Shown piece after piece: positions 13,920 to 26,900 of a stretch of 64,000 nt of DNA. This stretch comes from Octopus sinensis. Taxonomy: Eukaryota. The first letter of the stretch is position 1. Every line of letters begins with the position of its first letter. The notes below the pieces were generated by a model. It did not search any database. It had not been told where the DNA came from and worked only from the letters and a program-made list of their open reading frames with translations. Position numbers and translations under genes: made by a program. Where the stretch lies: the NCBI RefSeq assembly GCF_006345805.1, contig NC_043010.1, positions 31,496,001-31,560,000 on the forward strand, given 5' to 3'.

Positions 13920-14870
13920 TTCATCATCATCATCGTTTAACGTCCGTTTTCCATGCTAGCATGGGTTGGACGGTTCAACTGGGGTCTGGGAAGCCAGAAG
14001 GCTGCGCCAGGCCCAGTCTGATCTGGCAGTGTTTCTACAGCTGGATGCCCTTCCTAACGCCAACCACTCCATGAGTATAGTGGGTGCTTTTTACGTGCCA
14101 ACCTGCACAGGTGCCAGACGAGGCTGGCAAACGGCCACGATTGGATGGTGCTTTTTACGTGCCACCAGCATGGGGGCCAGACGAGGCTGGCAACGGCCAC
14201 GATCGAATGGTGCTTTTTACGTGCTAGTCGGGGCGGTGCTGGTAACAGCCACGTTTGGATGGTTCTCTTACGTGCCACCAGCACAGGTATCACACCTACA
14301 ATTTCCATTGATGTTGATCAATTTCGATTTTCACTTACCTCAACAGGTCTTCACAAGTAGAGTTTGTGTCACAAGAAGGAAAGGTATGCATAAGTGGACT
14401 GGCTACATCACAGGTAGAGGCCATGGGTCATGGTCTCACTTGTCCTACTGGGTCTTCTCATGCACAGCATACTTCCATAGGTCTCAGTCTCTGGTCATTT
14501 CCTCGGTGAGACCTAAAGTTCGAAGGTCGTGCTTCACCACCTCGTCCCAGGTTTTCCTGGGTCTACCTCTTCCACAGGTTCCCTCAACCGCTAGGGTGTG
14601 GCACTTTTTCATACACAACTATCTTCATCCATTCTCGCTACATGACCATACCAGCGCAAACGTCTCTCTTGCACACCACAACTGATGCTTCTTAGGTCCA
14701 GCTTTTCTCTCAAGGTACTTACACTCTGTCGAGTATGAACACTGACATTACACATCCATCGGAGCATACTGGCTTCATTTCTTGCGAGCTTACGCATATC
14801 CTCAGCAGTCATGGCCCATGTTTCACTGCCATGTAGCATGGCTGTTCGTACACATGTGTCATACACATGC
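13920..14870 (-). mobile_element. 5'-truncated RTE-clade LINE
   Basis: [12 protein letters not shown]...LRWMCNV...[15 protein letters not shown] (RTE C-terminal motifs); 3' UTR with a ~60-bp tandem unit and (GAT)n tail. Confidence 0.93.
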
Positions 14871-14914
14871 CTTATTTAGCCCTCACAATTTGGTTTTATC
14901 CCCAACTCCAGCTG

Positions 14915-15005
14915 CTGTAGTCGAGTTTCTTGAGGGCATAACCTGAGTTATTGATGGCGGCTCATGGGTGGATACTGTCTACCCTGATTTTGCTAAAGCC
15001 TTCAA
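14915..15005 (+). mobile_element. Small CR1-type RT fragment
   Basis: Translates EFLEGIT*VIDGGSWVDTVYPDFAKAF, similar to the LLEF...VD.VYLDFAKAF motif. Confidence 0.6.
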
Positions 15006-15009
15006 AAGC

Positions 15010-15558
15010 TACGAGGAAGAAAAGGGACCCGCTTGCGTGAAAATAGGGGAAGAAGTCTGGGTTAAGCTACCGAGTTATGGTGATGGCAGTCAATTCCAGA
15101 AACGTCTCCGGGGATGGATGGAATGCTTGGACCTTTGCAGGATTGTCGCTTTGTCGGATGACGATTGTGGAGAGGAGAACGAGATGCCTAGCCTGAGAAG
15201 ATCTCAATGTGCAAGGCGTCCTCCCAGTTTGATGGTGGGCTTCAACATGGAGTAGAGAGAATGTGAACTTTAAGATCAAGATGGCATTTGGGATAACATC
15301 AACAGCTGGGGAGCTGACTGGAACTTGGGACTGACTCGAAGAGGAAGGGCGCAGGAGTGAAGCACGTGCAGGCAGGGGAGCATTGGGCTTTTTCGATCAG
15401 GGTAGCCGACAGGGCTGGACGTGTGAGCGCTTTGACAAGGTAAGGGAAAAGCAGCTGCTATTTTTTAGCGTTCGGGTCGGGCCACATGCGTTACCACCGG
15501 AGAGATGTGCGTCAACGAGAAGGTAGGTGTCTTTATTTCAAATCTCCCGCATACACCA
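15010..15558 (+). mobile_element. Possible LTR-retrotransposon remnant (integrase C-terminus, purine tract, TG...CA segment)
   Basis: LRRSQCARRPP-type tail typical of Gypsy pol ends, then GTAGAGAGAA followed by TGTGAA...ACACCA. No second LTR and no poly(A) signal found. Confidence 0.35.
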
Positions 15559-16052
15559 GTCTTGTTATCTCTATTCTAGCTTTTGGTCAAGTAGAAGAGG
15601 TAAGAAAGAGTCAAGTGGTGAAGACATTATTTTGGCCTAGCTAAAGGCATCTGGAAAATGTAAAACTGCTGTCAGAGAAAAACCATTGTTTCACTGTGGG
15701 AACAGTTCTGTTGCAGTGTTAATTTAAATTTGGCTATGGTGGATCGAATCCACTTCATGCATGCAAGATCACTACATATATATATATGTATATATATATA
15801 TATGTCCAGAATCACGCTGGACACGGACGAGGAGTGAAAATAATAATTCAGTGAAGGAGAAGTAGTGAGAGTAATAGCACTGAGAGGGAGTGAGAGAAAG
15901 TAATAGCAATGTGAGAAAGGAAGGGGTGATAGATGAATACGGATGGGAGGAGTGAAAAAAAATCAGCGTTTCAACTCTGTGTGAGTATATGTGTGTGAGT
16001 GTGCGTGTACAAGGAAGTATGTGAATGTTTGTATGTGTGATTATTATGTACC

Positions 16053-16520
16053 TTATTACCTCAGCCTTAGCGAAGGCAGAGGTATTGTTTCAGTTGTGTT
16101 TGTTTATTTGTTTGTCCATGGACAAGATATCTCAAGAACCACTGGATAGATTCGGATGAAACTTTCAGGGATGTTTGGCCTCATGACTGACACAAACTAA
16201 TTAGATTTTGGGATAGATCCGGTATCGGATAAGGATTCTGGATTATTTTTCATATTTTCTTCACTTTACATGTATATGTAAAGGCTTCATTATTAGGATC
16301 TTTTCCTTTTGATAGGCAACTCGGAACACTTTGAAACTTCGTATACTGTTAGAATGTGTCATATAGAACATCTTTTACTCTTAGAAAAATTTCTACTTTC
16401 AAAGTTATTTTGTGCTAAAGTTGTCATATTTCGGTAATTTCAACCAATCGATGACGTGTATTCAACTAAATAAAATTACTGTTGTTGGTTGTCAACAACT
16501 TTCGGAGGTGTATATTTCGT
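16053..16520 (+). mobile_element. Helentron/DINE-1-like non-autonomous element upstream of the MAK16 promoter
   Basis: 5' TTATTACCTC with hairpin TACCTCAGCCTT-AGCG-AAGGCAGAGGTA (16057-16084); (GTTT)n microsatellite; 3' sub-terminal inverted copy TTCGGAGGTG(TA) at 16501. Confidence 0.65.
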
Positions 16521-16719
16521 TTGTCACTGTTCTTTATGCAATACATCATCACATTTTATTGCATATTTTGCGAATTAAAGAAACTAGATCCCTTAGGCCT
16601 TACTAATCAGACAAGACTGGATCTATAATTTACAATCATGAGAGAGAGAGAGAGAGAGCAATTGATCTCAGCTTTAAACAAATACTACAACTTCGAAAGC
16701 AAAAAGGATAACGGATATA

Positions 16720-16802
16720 ACCGGAAATTACTACACGGAGTTCTGTGTACGAAGAACTATTTTATTTCACCGCTTCCGGTTACAATTTATTTTCACCACG
16801 TG
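16720..16802 (+). promoter_or_regulatory. MAK16 proximal promoter/5' UTR: two opposed ETS-type sites and a CACGTG E-box
   Basis: ACCGGAAAT at 16720-16728, CGCTTCCGGT at 16771-16780 (ACCGGAAGCG on the - strand) and CACGTG at 16797-16802. All lie within 140 bp of the ATG in a locally CpG-retaining stretch. Confidence 0.6.
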
Positions 16803-16855
16803 TGTATAACTTGAGATAGAAAATATACGAAAAAGAGAAAAAATAGCCGTCAATT

Positions 16856-16870
16856 ATGCAGCACGATGAG
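16856..16870 (+). CDS. MAK16: MAK16 coding exon 1 (MQHDE)
   Basis: ATGCAGCACGATGAG followed by donor GTATGT; corresponds to the short MQSDD-type N-terminus of MAK16; phase 0. Confidence 0.9.
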
Positions 16871-18021
16871 GTATGTATGTGTGTGTATATATATATATGT
16901 ATGTGTATATATACGCACAGGCATAGGTACATGAAGAACCATTTTCCTTGTTTTCTTTTTAATTCTTTTCATAGTTCTTGATATACCTATCCTTATATAT
17001 ATATATTTCTTGTGTACATGTATTAATGCCTTAGTCGTATTGATCCCTGTTTGAGATTACTTATACTTTGTGTCAAGTTAAAAAGTCACCAGAAAATCTT
17101 CGTAAATTAGACATTTAAAGCTTTTTATTACTTTGTTTTTATTAAGGATATTGACACAGTAGTGAATTTTTGTTCACTCGCATGTAATGCCGTTATATAA
17201 TTTGGGTTGCAATTGTGAACAAATCATGTATTGTCGGAATCTGTCATCGAAAACATACGAACCCGCTAAAAAAAAAAAAGGAAATGTCTGTTTTGTGTGT
17301 GTGGAAATGTACGTGAAGTCCGCTTGAAAGGCGGGGGTGAAATTTGAAAAATTTAAAATTTGGGAAAAGGGGAGGTTGAGGTGGGCATTTTAAATTTAGA
17401 AAAAGTGGGTTTTAAAGTTTCGGAAAAAGTTCAAGATTGTAAATTGTGGGGGAGGGGGTGATTTTTGTTTTTGCTTATTCGTAATTTCCGACATCTAAAA
17501 CGTATGAATCCGAAAAAATATTTTCAAAAATACATTTTTCAAGCAGAGGTGCAAAACTGCATTAGTTCCGTTACTTTTATGGTATTTGGTGAAATAATTT
17601 TCGGAGTTTTTTTACGAGTGAAAATTTTGATTTATTTTTATTTGATTTTGTTCTTGAATTTTATTCTCTGTCCACCGGTGAAACGAGGGCGACACAAATT
17701 AATGAATGTAAATAAAGGGCGAAGTTAATAAACGGAGAGTGAAGTAGACATGTGGATTTAGTGGAGATATGCGCTGGTCGCATATGGATTTACAGAGCAC
17801 GAATGGCATGAAATGTGACAATTCACGAGAGAATTGCAATACGTTTATAAAGCACGTAGCAGAAATTTATCCACAAAAATTTGAAGGCTTGTTACAGATA
17901 ATGGTGCTTTTTCGTTTAAGCGTGACACCTAAAATATATTTAATAAGAAATGATGAGCCAATCCAGAATCATTTGATTGGCGTGAGAGATGTTTACAATC
18001 TATAAATGTGTGTGTATATAG

Positions 18022-18100
<79 letters not shown>

Positions 18101-19827
18101 GAAAGAAAGTAATAACGAGTGAATGAGAATAACGACGGAAGGGTTAAAAGCGTAAAAATAATTGAAGATAAAATGAAACAAAATTGAAGCCAAAACATTA
18201 GAAATTATTGAAAGTGGGTAGAAATAAACACTTCGTAGTATAGCACAGCATATCGCCAAAGGTCTTGGTTACTTGTCATTACCTCTGTAAGGACCATAGT
18301 TCAAAGATTACGCTTCACCACCTTGTCCCATGTCTTCCTGGGTTTACCTCTACCATAGGTTCTCGCCAGTTAGAGAACGGCACTTCTTTACACAACCATG
18401 TACCATGTGTTTACTTTGTTTGCTTTGTCACAAACTCTGTATACTGTATACACTGGCTTCATTACATATAACGCCATCTAACTTCCTAGCTCCCCTGTAT
18501 ACACAAATCCTATCATTCTGGTCATATCCAGAAATTGCATGCAGTACATGAAGTTCTGTACATGTTTCTTTGTTTCATAGGGTTCGCATAGGTGGGGAAC
18601 ATGTTATCCATTATTCTAAGTCTGCTATCATTATGTTGATTTTCGTATTGTGACAAAACAGTTCTTATGAACAATATAATATATATATATATATTGTTGG
18701 AAACACTAATAATAAAATGAGACCAATAACAGAGTTGCTTCCCTTGGGTTTTATCTGAATTCTGGCCAGCTCTTGTGATTCGTCGTCAGTCTATAATTAT
18801 CATCATCATCGTTTAATGTCCATCTTCCATGCTGGCATGAGTGAGACAGTTTGACAGGAACTGGACAGGCAGAAGCCCGCACCAGACTTTTGTGACTGTT
18901 TTGGTAGGATTTTTACAGATGGATGCCTTTCTGAACACTAATAAAATACATAATATAATACATCGTTCATTCTATATTTGATGTGATTATATACATATAT
19001 GGTATATGTTATCTCTATATTACTAAGTAGTAGTATCTGAATGCCATCTCTCTTTCATATATATATATCATCATCATCATCATTTAACGTCCGCTTTTCA
19101 TGCTAGCATGGGTTGGACGGTTCAACTGGGGTCTGGGGAGCCCAAAGGCTGCACCAGGCCAGTCAGATCTGGCAGTGTTTCTACAGCTGGATGCCCTTCC
19201 TAACGCCAACCACTCCGAGAGTGTAGTGGGTGATTTTATGTGCCACCGACACAGGTGCCAGACGAGGCTGGCAAACGGCCACGCTCGGATGGTGTTTTTT
19301 ATTTGCCGACACAGGTGCCAGACGAGGCTGGCAGACGGCCACGCTCGGATGGTGTTTTTATGTGCCACCGACACAGGTGCCAGATGAGGCTGGCGAACGG
19401 CCACAATCGGATGGTGTTTGTTACGTGCCCACAACACGGAGGCCAGTCGATGCGGTACTGGCTACCGCCACGTTCGGATGGTTTTCTTGTGTGCCACCGG
19501 CACTGGTACCACAAAGATACAAATTCCATTGATGTTCATCTATTTTGATTTGATTTGATTTGATTTTCACTTGCCTCAACAGGTCTTCACAAGTGTCACA
19601 AGAAGGAAGGAAGGTATGCACGGCCACGCTCGGATGGTGTTTTTTATGTGCCACCGACACAGGTGCCAGACGAGGCTGGCAGACGGCCACACTCAGATGG
19701 TGTTTTTATGTGCCACCGACACAGGTGCCAGATGAGGCTGGCGAACGGCCACGATCGGATGGTGTTTGTTACGTGCCCACAGCCTATATCATCATCATCA
19801 TCATTTAGCGTCCGTTTGATGATGATG

Positions 19828-19859
<32 letters not shown>

Positions 19860-22800
19860 GTTGCCAAAAGTTTGGAACATTTAAAAAATAAATTTAAATT
19901 GTTATGCCCAAATACAATTTGATTCAAATATATATAACGTAGAGATATACTTACTTAATAACTGATTCAATGGTTCAATATCTAGAAGAAAAAATAGGTA
20001 AAATCAAAAATATAGTTTTAGACCAAATTGCTCACTTTTAATAAATAGATGCTAGTACATCATGTATGTGAAATTATGTTCCAAACTTTTGGTCACAACT
20101 GTAGGAATGTAATTATGGAAACACCACTCGTGTCACACGGCATACCTAAAATTAACACACAGCATATGTTACAAACAAGATAAGCATGTGATTGTAACTT
20201 TTACAGCTAAAATATATGCCATCATCTCTTAGCATGCGTCTGTTGGCAGGAGAACACAGCTGAGAAAAGGTATTCTCAGTAATTCTAGATCTGCTAGGTT
20301 TTTGGCCCTTGGTGTCTTCTTGTCTTTACAATCAATCATGCATTTTATTATTCATTTGTTTTCATTTCCCATACCATCTTGGTATATTATTAGTACAGCT
20401 GGATACCTTCTTTTTGCTAATCCTTACCTATTTTTCATTAAAGAGCTATCTTATTCCATGTCTTTGAAGGTGCGAAGCCAGTGGACAATCTGTTAGCGGA
20501 GGAAATGACATCATAACTCTTTGGTGCTTAGCAATATTTGGGAGATGCACAATTGTAAACACACGGATGCACATATACAAACGCATGTGTGTGTGTGTGT
20601 GTGTAATCATCATCATTTAATGTCTGTTTTCCATGTTGGCCGAGGTTGAATGGTTTGCCCAGAGTTGACAAGCTGGAGAGCTACTTTAGGTTCCAGTCTG
20701 ATTTGACTTGGTTTCTATGGCTGCATGCACTTCCCAACACCAACGACTTTACAGAGTGTGCTAGGTGCTTCTTATGTGGCCTGGTATGGGTACTTTTTAT
20801 GTGGGTCAGCAAGGGCTTTTCATGTGGGACAGTATTATGGGTGCTTTTTACTTGGACTAGCATAAGGGCACTTTCAAGGCAAGTCCCCACCCTCCTTTGA
20901 GGGTAGGAGTTTAACAACTCTGCTATGGTGGATGGGTCTTCTTACTAAAACAAGGTACCACGTATCTTGGTCCTTTGTCATCCTCTTTGTAAGGCTCAGT
21001 GTCCTGAGATCAGCCTTCAGTACATCTTGTGATTTTTTGGGTCTTCGTCTTCCACTAGTTTCATTCACTGTGATTGGCAATTGGCACTTTATGCTGCTGT
21101 CTACATCCATCACAGGGCCAAGCCAAACTAGTCCAGCAAATCTCAATGCAAATAAAGCTACAAATAATAGTGTGTAAATGTTGGGTTAAAAACCCTTTGG
21201 ATAGAAAAAGTCGGAGGTTGCTCATGGATTTGAACCCACATGATTCACCATTCCTAAAAACAATTATTTCATGTTCTCAAAGTTTCTAAATTCTTATGAC
21301 ATCAACAACTCTCATTTCTCAGTTGTTGGGTCATTTTGTCTTGCAAATTACTTAGTGTCCTTGTTGGTACTGGTGCTATGTAATGTGGTTGGTGTTTGGA
21401 ATGGCATCCAGCTGTAGAAACCTTGCCAAAGCAGACAGTAGAGCTTCTGTCAAATTGTTCAACCTGTACCACCAAGGAAAAAGGACGTTGAATTATGATA
21501 CATATATATGCATATACACATACATGCATACAAAAACAAATGCATATATACATACACATACAAACATGACATGCATACACATCACGTATATGTCACTATT
21601 ATGGAAATACTCCACATTTGTTTGGCATTTAAAATTCTGACTTGTCTAATTCAGTTTGACCTTTTTGATACCTACCCACCTGAGACTGCCTCTAGTTCTG
21701 TGATATAAGGATGAGCTGAAAAGTTCATAGGTTCACTATGAAGGAGTGATGCTAGAACTGTGAAATCTTGCATGCATTAATTTCAACTCTTATTAATAAC
21801 TGCATTGTTTCTTTCCAGGTAAATTGACATCTGACTGTTCAGAGAAGACTTCAAAAGTAACTAGTAGTGACTTCTCTTGAAAACGAACAAAATTTGGCAT
21901 TGGTGGTTTTATCAAGTACCTGTAGAAAGTTCAGCTTCCAAGAGTATTCATGCTGACATGGTTGCTATATTAAGGGATGACACTCCAGCTTTATCATCAG
22001 TGCAAAAGTAGGCTGCTGAAGATGACCAGTCTGAACATCCTGCAGCTGCCATCACTGAGTAAAACATTGATCATATTATCCACATGATGATGGCTGACAG
22101 GTGATTGACTATAAATCAAATAGCCGATGCTGTTAGCATATTCTGTGAGAGAGTTGGGAGTATTCTGCACAGTGAACTTGGCATGATAGTTTCTGTTCGG
22201 TGGGTGTCACATCTGACACCTGATCAAAAGCGCACCTGACTGATCACATCATGAGAAAATCTGATATTGTTTGAGGCAGATCCAGCTGGTTTCCTCAAAC
22301 ATTTCCTAACCCTGAGTGAGTGTTAGGGTCATCACTTTGAGACAGAGACTATCCATGCAGCAGAAACATCCCAACTCACCTACTCCAAAGAAGGCCAAGC
22401 TCATTAGGCCCCACTTGACTAGCATGTCTTTCCCAAAATAAAAAAAAAGCACTTGCTTTGGATCCAGTATTGCAGTGATGATGACATCATATCTGCTGTT
22501 GATGACTTTTTTGACCAACATGATGAAAGTTTCTTCACCAATGGAACCTGGTATTGTAAAAGCTGAAGTGTGTGGACTTCAAGGGTGGGAGGACTATGTT
22601 GAAAAATACACCTAATTTGGTTAGCCAGTGACCTTTCAACTAACCCTCATACATGTGACGTATTTTAAAGTGATTTAATTTATAACTTAATGTCAAAATT
22701 CCCTATTAATTTATGTTCCAAATATTTTGAAAATGAATTGAAACAAAGTCAAATGTATCTCAACAAAAGTGTTAAGGGACACAACTCCTGAAATTTAGCA

Positions 22801-23904
22801 TCGAGTTCTGTTTTCATCTATTGTATAAAGTATTGATCTTTGAACATGTACTTGTTCATTGTTTTTGAAAAAAAGCAGTGAAGCTTTCAACAGTTAAAAT
22901 TAGAAACTTAATATACTGTTTTGTATTGAAATTATTGAGTATATCAAACATGGTGTACTGGATCAGCTCGATTATGGTCAGTTATATAAAGTATCAGAAT
23001 CTAGAATCATTGATTAAAATTTGCAGCTCATAACAGTTCGGTTTGTATTATCTCCTTACTAATGTTAAGTTCCTTTAGCTAAACCTAAATGCTATGGATA
23101 AGTTAATTATTATTATTGTTATTATTTCAGGTCATTTGGAGTATTATCAACAATACGTTCTGCTCTTTCAAGACAAAGTAAGTTTTTGATGTGTATTCCT
23201 TTGTAAATCATTGTTGGTATGTTAATGGACTACGAAGTGGGCAGATGGTAGAGTTGACAATGAGGTGGGCTATGTAACTGAGTTAGTTGACTATTTAGTA
23301 GAGTTAACAATGTAATTGTGGTGGGTATAGTTTGGTAGTAAGTAGTTGTACTGGCATTGTGTTCATAATAGTAGTTGTTGTTAAGCCCAATGTTGCCTTG
23401 ATTTAGCAGACTTGTATAATGAAAGACTTCCCAACTGTGACCATCCCATTTTATATTTAGGCATAGTCTATCGATAACTACATTTATCTAATGTGTTTTT
23501 CATCCTAATTTGTGACCAGACCAATCACTGTTTCACTGGATTTCTGGTGGTGAGAGTGACAAGGGATCAGTGTTTAGCAAATATCTCAAAGGACTTCAAG
23601 AATTGCTGTTTTTCTTGGGTCTATACATGCATGGATATACACTGACAAACTTTCATAGTTTCCTTTCACTAAATTCTGTTCAGCTAGAATGCACACTGGG
23701 ATTGAATTTGGTGTTTCAGTCATTTGATTGTGGCCATGCTGGAGCACCGCCTTTAGTCAAGCAAATCGACCTCAGGACTTATTCTTTGTAAGCCTAGTAT
23801 TCATTCTCTCAGTCTGTTATACTGAACTGCTAAGTTACAGGGACGCAAGCATGCCAGTATCGGTTGTCAAGCGATGTTGGGAGGACAAACACAGACACAC
23901 AAAT

Positions 23905-23935
<31 letters not shown>

Positions 23936-26900
23936 CATATACACGACGGGCTTCTTTCAGTTTCCGTCTACCAAATCCACTCACAAGGCTTTGGTTGGCC
24001 CGAGGCTATAGTAGAAGACACTTGCCCAAGGTGCCATGCAGTAGGACTGAACCCGGAACCATGTGGTTAGTAAGCAAGCTACTTACAGCCATTCCTATGA
24101 CTATAGACTTACCATACTGCCACTCCTGCGCCTATAACTCCTTAATCACACTGTCAAGCTTGCATTGGTAATGTATCCTTCTATATTTTAAGATGTTAGA
24201 GTATAATTTGAAGGAAATTTGGCTGCAGTTTCTAGCAGTACAAAGCAATAAGATCACCTAAATAGTGATGGCAGTAGTGTTCTTTAGTTCAAAATCAATC
24301 CTAATTGAGAATTATGATGAAAGACATTTCAAGTGTGATCATTCCATCTTAGTTTATGGAGGATAACATCATCCAGTGTATCCTTCTTGTAAGTCAGTAG
24401 TGTGTGATGTGTATTTGGCCACTATTTCTAGCATGTACAGGTTCTCTCATTGATCTATATTGAATTGTTGAGGGTGAATAGCAAGATCACTAAATCTAAT
24501 TGTCAGCAACTGTAGAACTTATATAATTACAACTGCAAGTAACATTTCCTCAGGTCCTGATGCTGACTTGAAGTTACTCTGGTTCAGTAATTTAGAGTTT
24601 AACACACAAATAACTTTACTGTCCAAACTGTAATATTTTAGATGGTGTTCTGAAGATCTTCATAACTTTTGCTATCAAAATACTCTTCCTAATCAGGCAA
24701 AAATTCATAAACATCTATATCTGATTCATATAATGACTTCAAGTATAAATCATTTCTTACAATAGGTAACTTACTGAAGTTATATCAGGGTCATTCCATG
24801 TCAAATCAACCAGAGGATCCTAGGTCACCCCCTCAGATCCCCCTGAAAAAAATTCATAACTAGCTCCTGTACCTATATAAATATCAAGTATTAGGTCAAT
24901 ATCTTTGATAATTTTGAAATTGTAGGCCTTTAAAATATTAATTAATTATACATTTTTTCCTAATGAGCCTCTCGGACCAACTTGAGATAGCCATTTCTAC
25001 TCTAATTTAGGTAAGCACAACTTTGAAATCATGTGTTTGGGCTTATCTTTTTCTGTAGAGTTGAAATATCTTATCAAGTGTATCTTGTATAGTTTTTCAT
25101 CTACAAGTTTCTGAAAATTGCCAAGAATTAAATGTACAGTAAATGTATGGTTCTTTTAGGTATTTTTATCTCAATAGGTACACTAGATAAGGCAACCACA
25201 ATTGTTTTCTTGTTACTTAGCATATAGTAGACCATTTCTGAGCAGTAACCATGTTAGTTACTATTATGGGAGTGTCTGAATAATTTTTTGAAATATGTAC
25301 AATTTCAGAATTTCTAAAAAGATGCCCTTAGTTCACCATGTGCACAGCTCAATATCATTTTCAAATGTTTACCATGCATTCTTATACTTCTGAAGAAGAT
25401 GTGACAGAAATTTGGTTTTGTTGCTGAGCTTCCTTTCAGAGTTATGAAGTTTTAATGCATCATATTAAAAGTTCACGTACTCATCCTGCTATCATGGAGT
25501 TTAGTTCTATATCTCAGTGTAACCTTGGAAGTCAATTGGAAGATGGATGTCACAAAATCACTTATTCAAGAATACAGGGATTTTTAAAATGCAGTCCTTT
25601 ATCTGACAATGAAAAGACTAATTCATTGGAAATCTGGAGTTTTACTGCATGAAGATGACAATGTTTGCTTTCATCATGAGGTACAGGAGCTAGTGTGAAT
25701 TTTTTCAGGGGATCTGAGGGGTGACCTGGGAAATTTTTTTTTGAAACAGGATGATTTGATATGGAATAACCCTCGGTAAGTCATTAAAAAAAATCAATCT
25801 ACACTTCAAAAGTTGAAAATTTCACAGTATTTACAATTGTTAGGCAGAAATGGCTTTATCTTGTATTATCTTGAAACTAAGACCTTTTGATGTTATTTTT
25901 AGAATGGTATTTCAGGGTAGGTGTGAGAGGCCTGATTTGGCCATGTTGAAAATAAAACAAAATATATGGATTGCATACAGGTAATTTAAATACTAAAAGG
26001 TTAGAAGCAAACATTGTTTCAAATTTTTTTTTTGTTATTTAATTGATAGGACCCAGACACAAACACTTTGTAGAAATGAATTTAATGTGACAGGAGTGTG
26101 TGGTAGGAATGCCTGTCCCTTAGCCAACAGCCAGTATGCTACAGTCAGGGAAGAGAAAGGTAAGTACTTGCATTGAAAGTAATTTCTGTTGTACATATTG
26201 TGATTGTTGTGGCATCAGCAAGACATTGCTTTGAGCCACTTGTAACTTTTCAAGAATGCATGTTCAAAATATATGCTCTGTGTCCTGTTTCCTATGATTC
26301 TGAGGAGCTTTTTACCTCCATTATATTTTTGCCCTTTGGGGTGAGATTTGTGATTGTTTTTGTGAAATTTACTCATTTCCTTAAAAGATTTAAATGAAGC
26401 ATGGCATAGTATATTTTGGCTAAAAGTTTGTGGGGTCAGATTACAAATTGGAAGAGCTGTGTTTATACTACTGCTAGTGCTAAATGAAACAATAGTAACA
26501 ACTGTAAAACAGAAATGCAAAATGTTGCCTCAACACACCTGCAATTTCCAGCAATAACTACCAACTCCAACATTACCATTAAAAGCAACACTAATAAAAA
26601 AAATGCATTTTGTTTCACAAATCAACTGTTAACGAGTTTTCAAACACTGTACAACAGAATTATTTTATTTATTTTGGATTTTAACAAATGTTAAAATCCT
26701 CCTTACCAGGTCTGGCTGAAACATGACATTAAGTAATCCAGAATCCGTATGGCAAATAACCTTTCATAAAACTATAAAGGAAAGCTGGAAAGTAGAGCAA
26801 GCAGTACATCAAAAACTAGAAAAGTGCCTTAAGCTAATCTTAGATACCAGAATGTATGTTGCTTTGGGAAAAAAAGTATGACATGGTAGGGGTAGGGGGT

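Noticed and set aside
15530-15558. tRNA 3'-end or primer-binding-site-like sequence (TTCAAATCTCCCGCATACACCA)
   Set aside because: The spacing from the T-loop to CCA is one base short and there is no upstream tRNA structure; probably coincidental.
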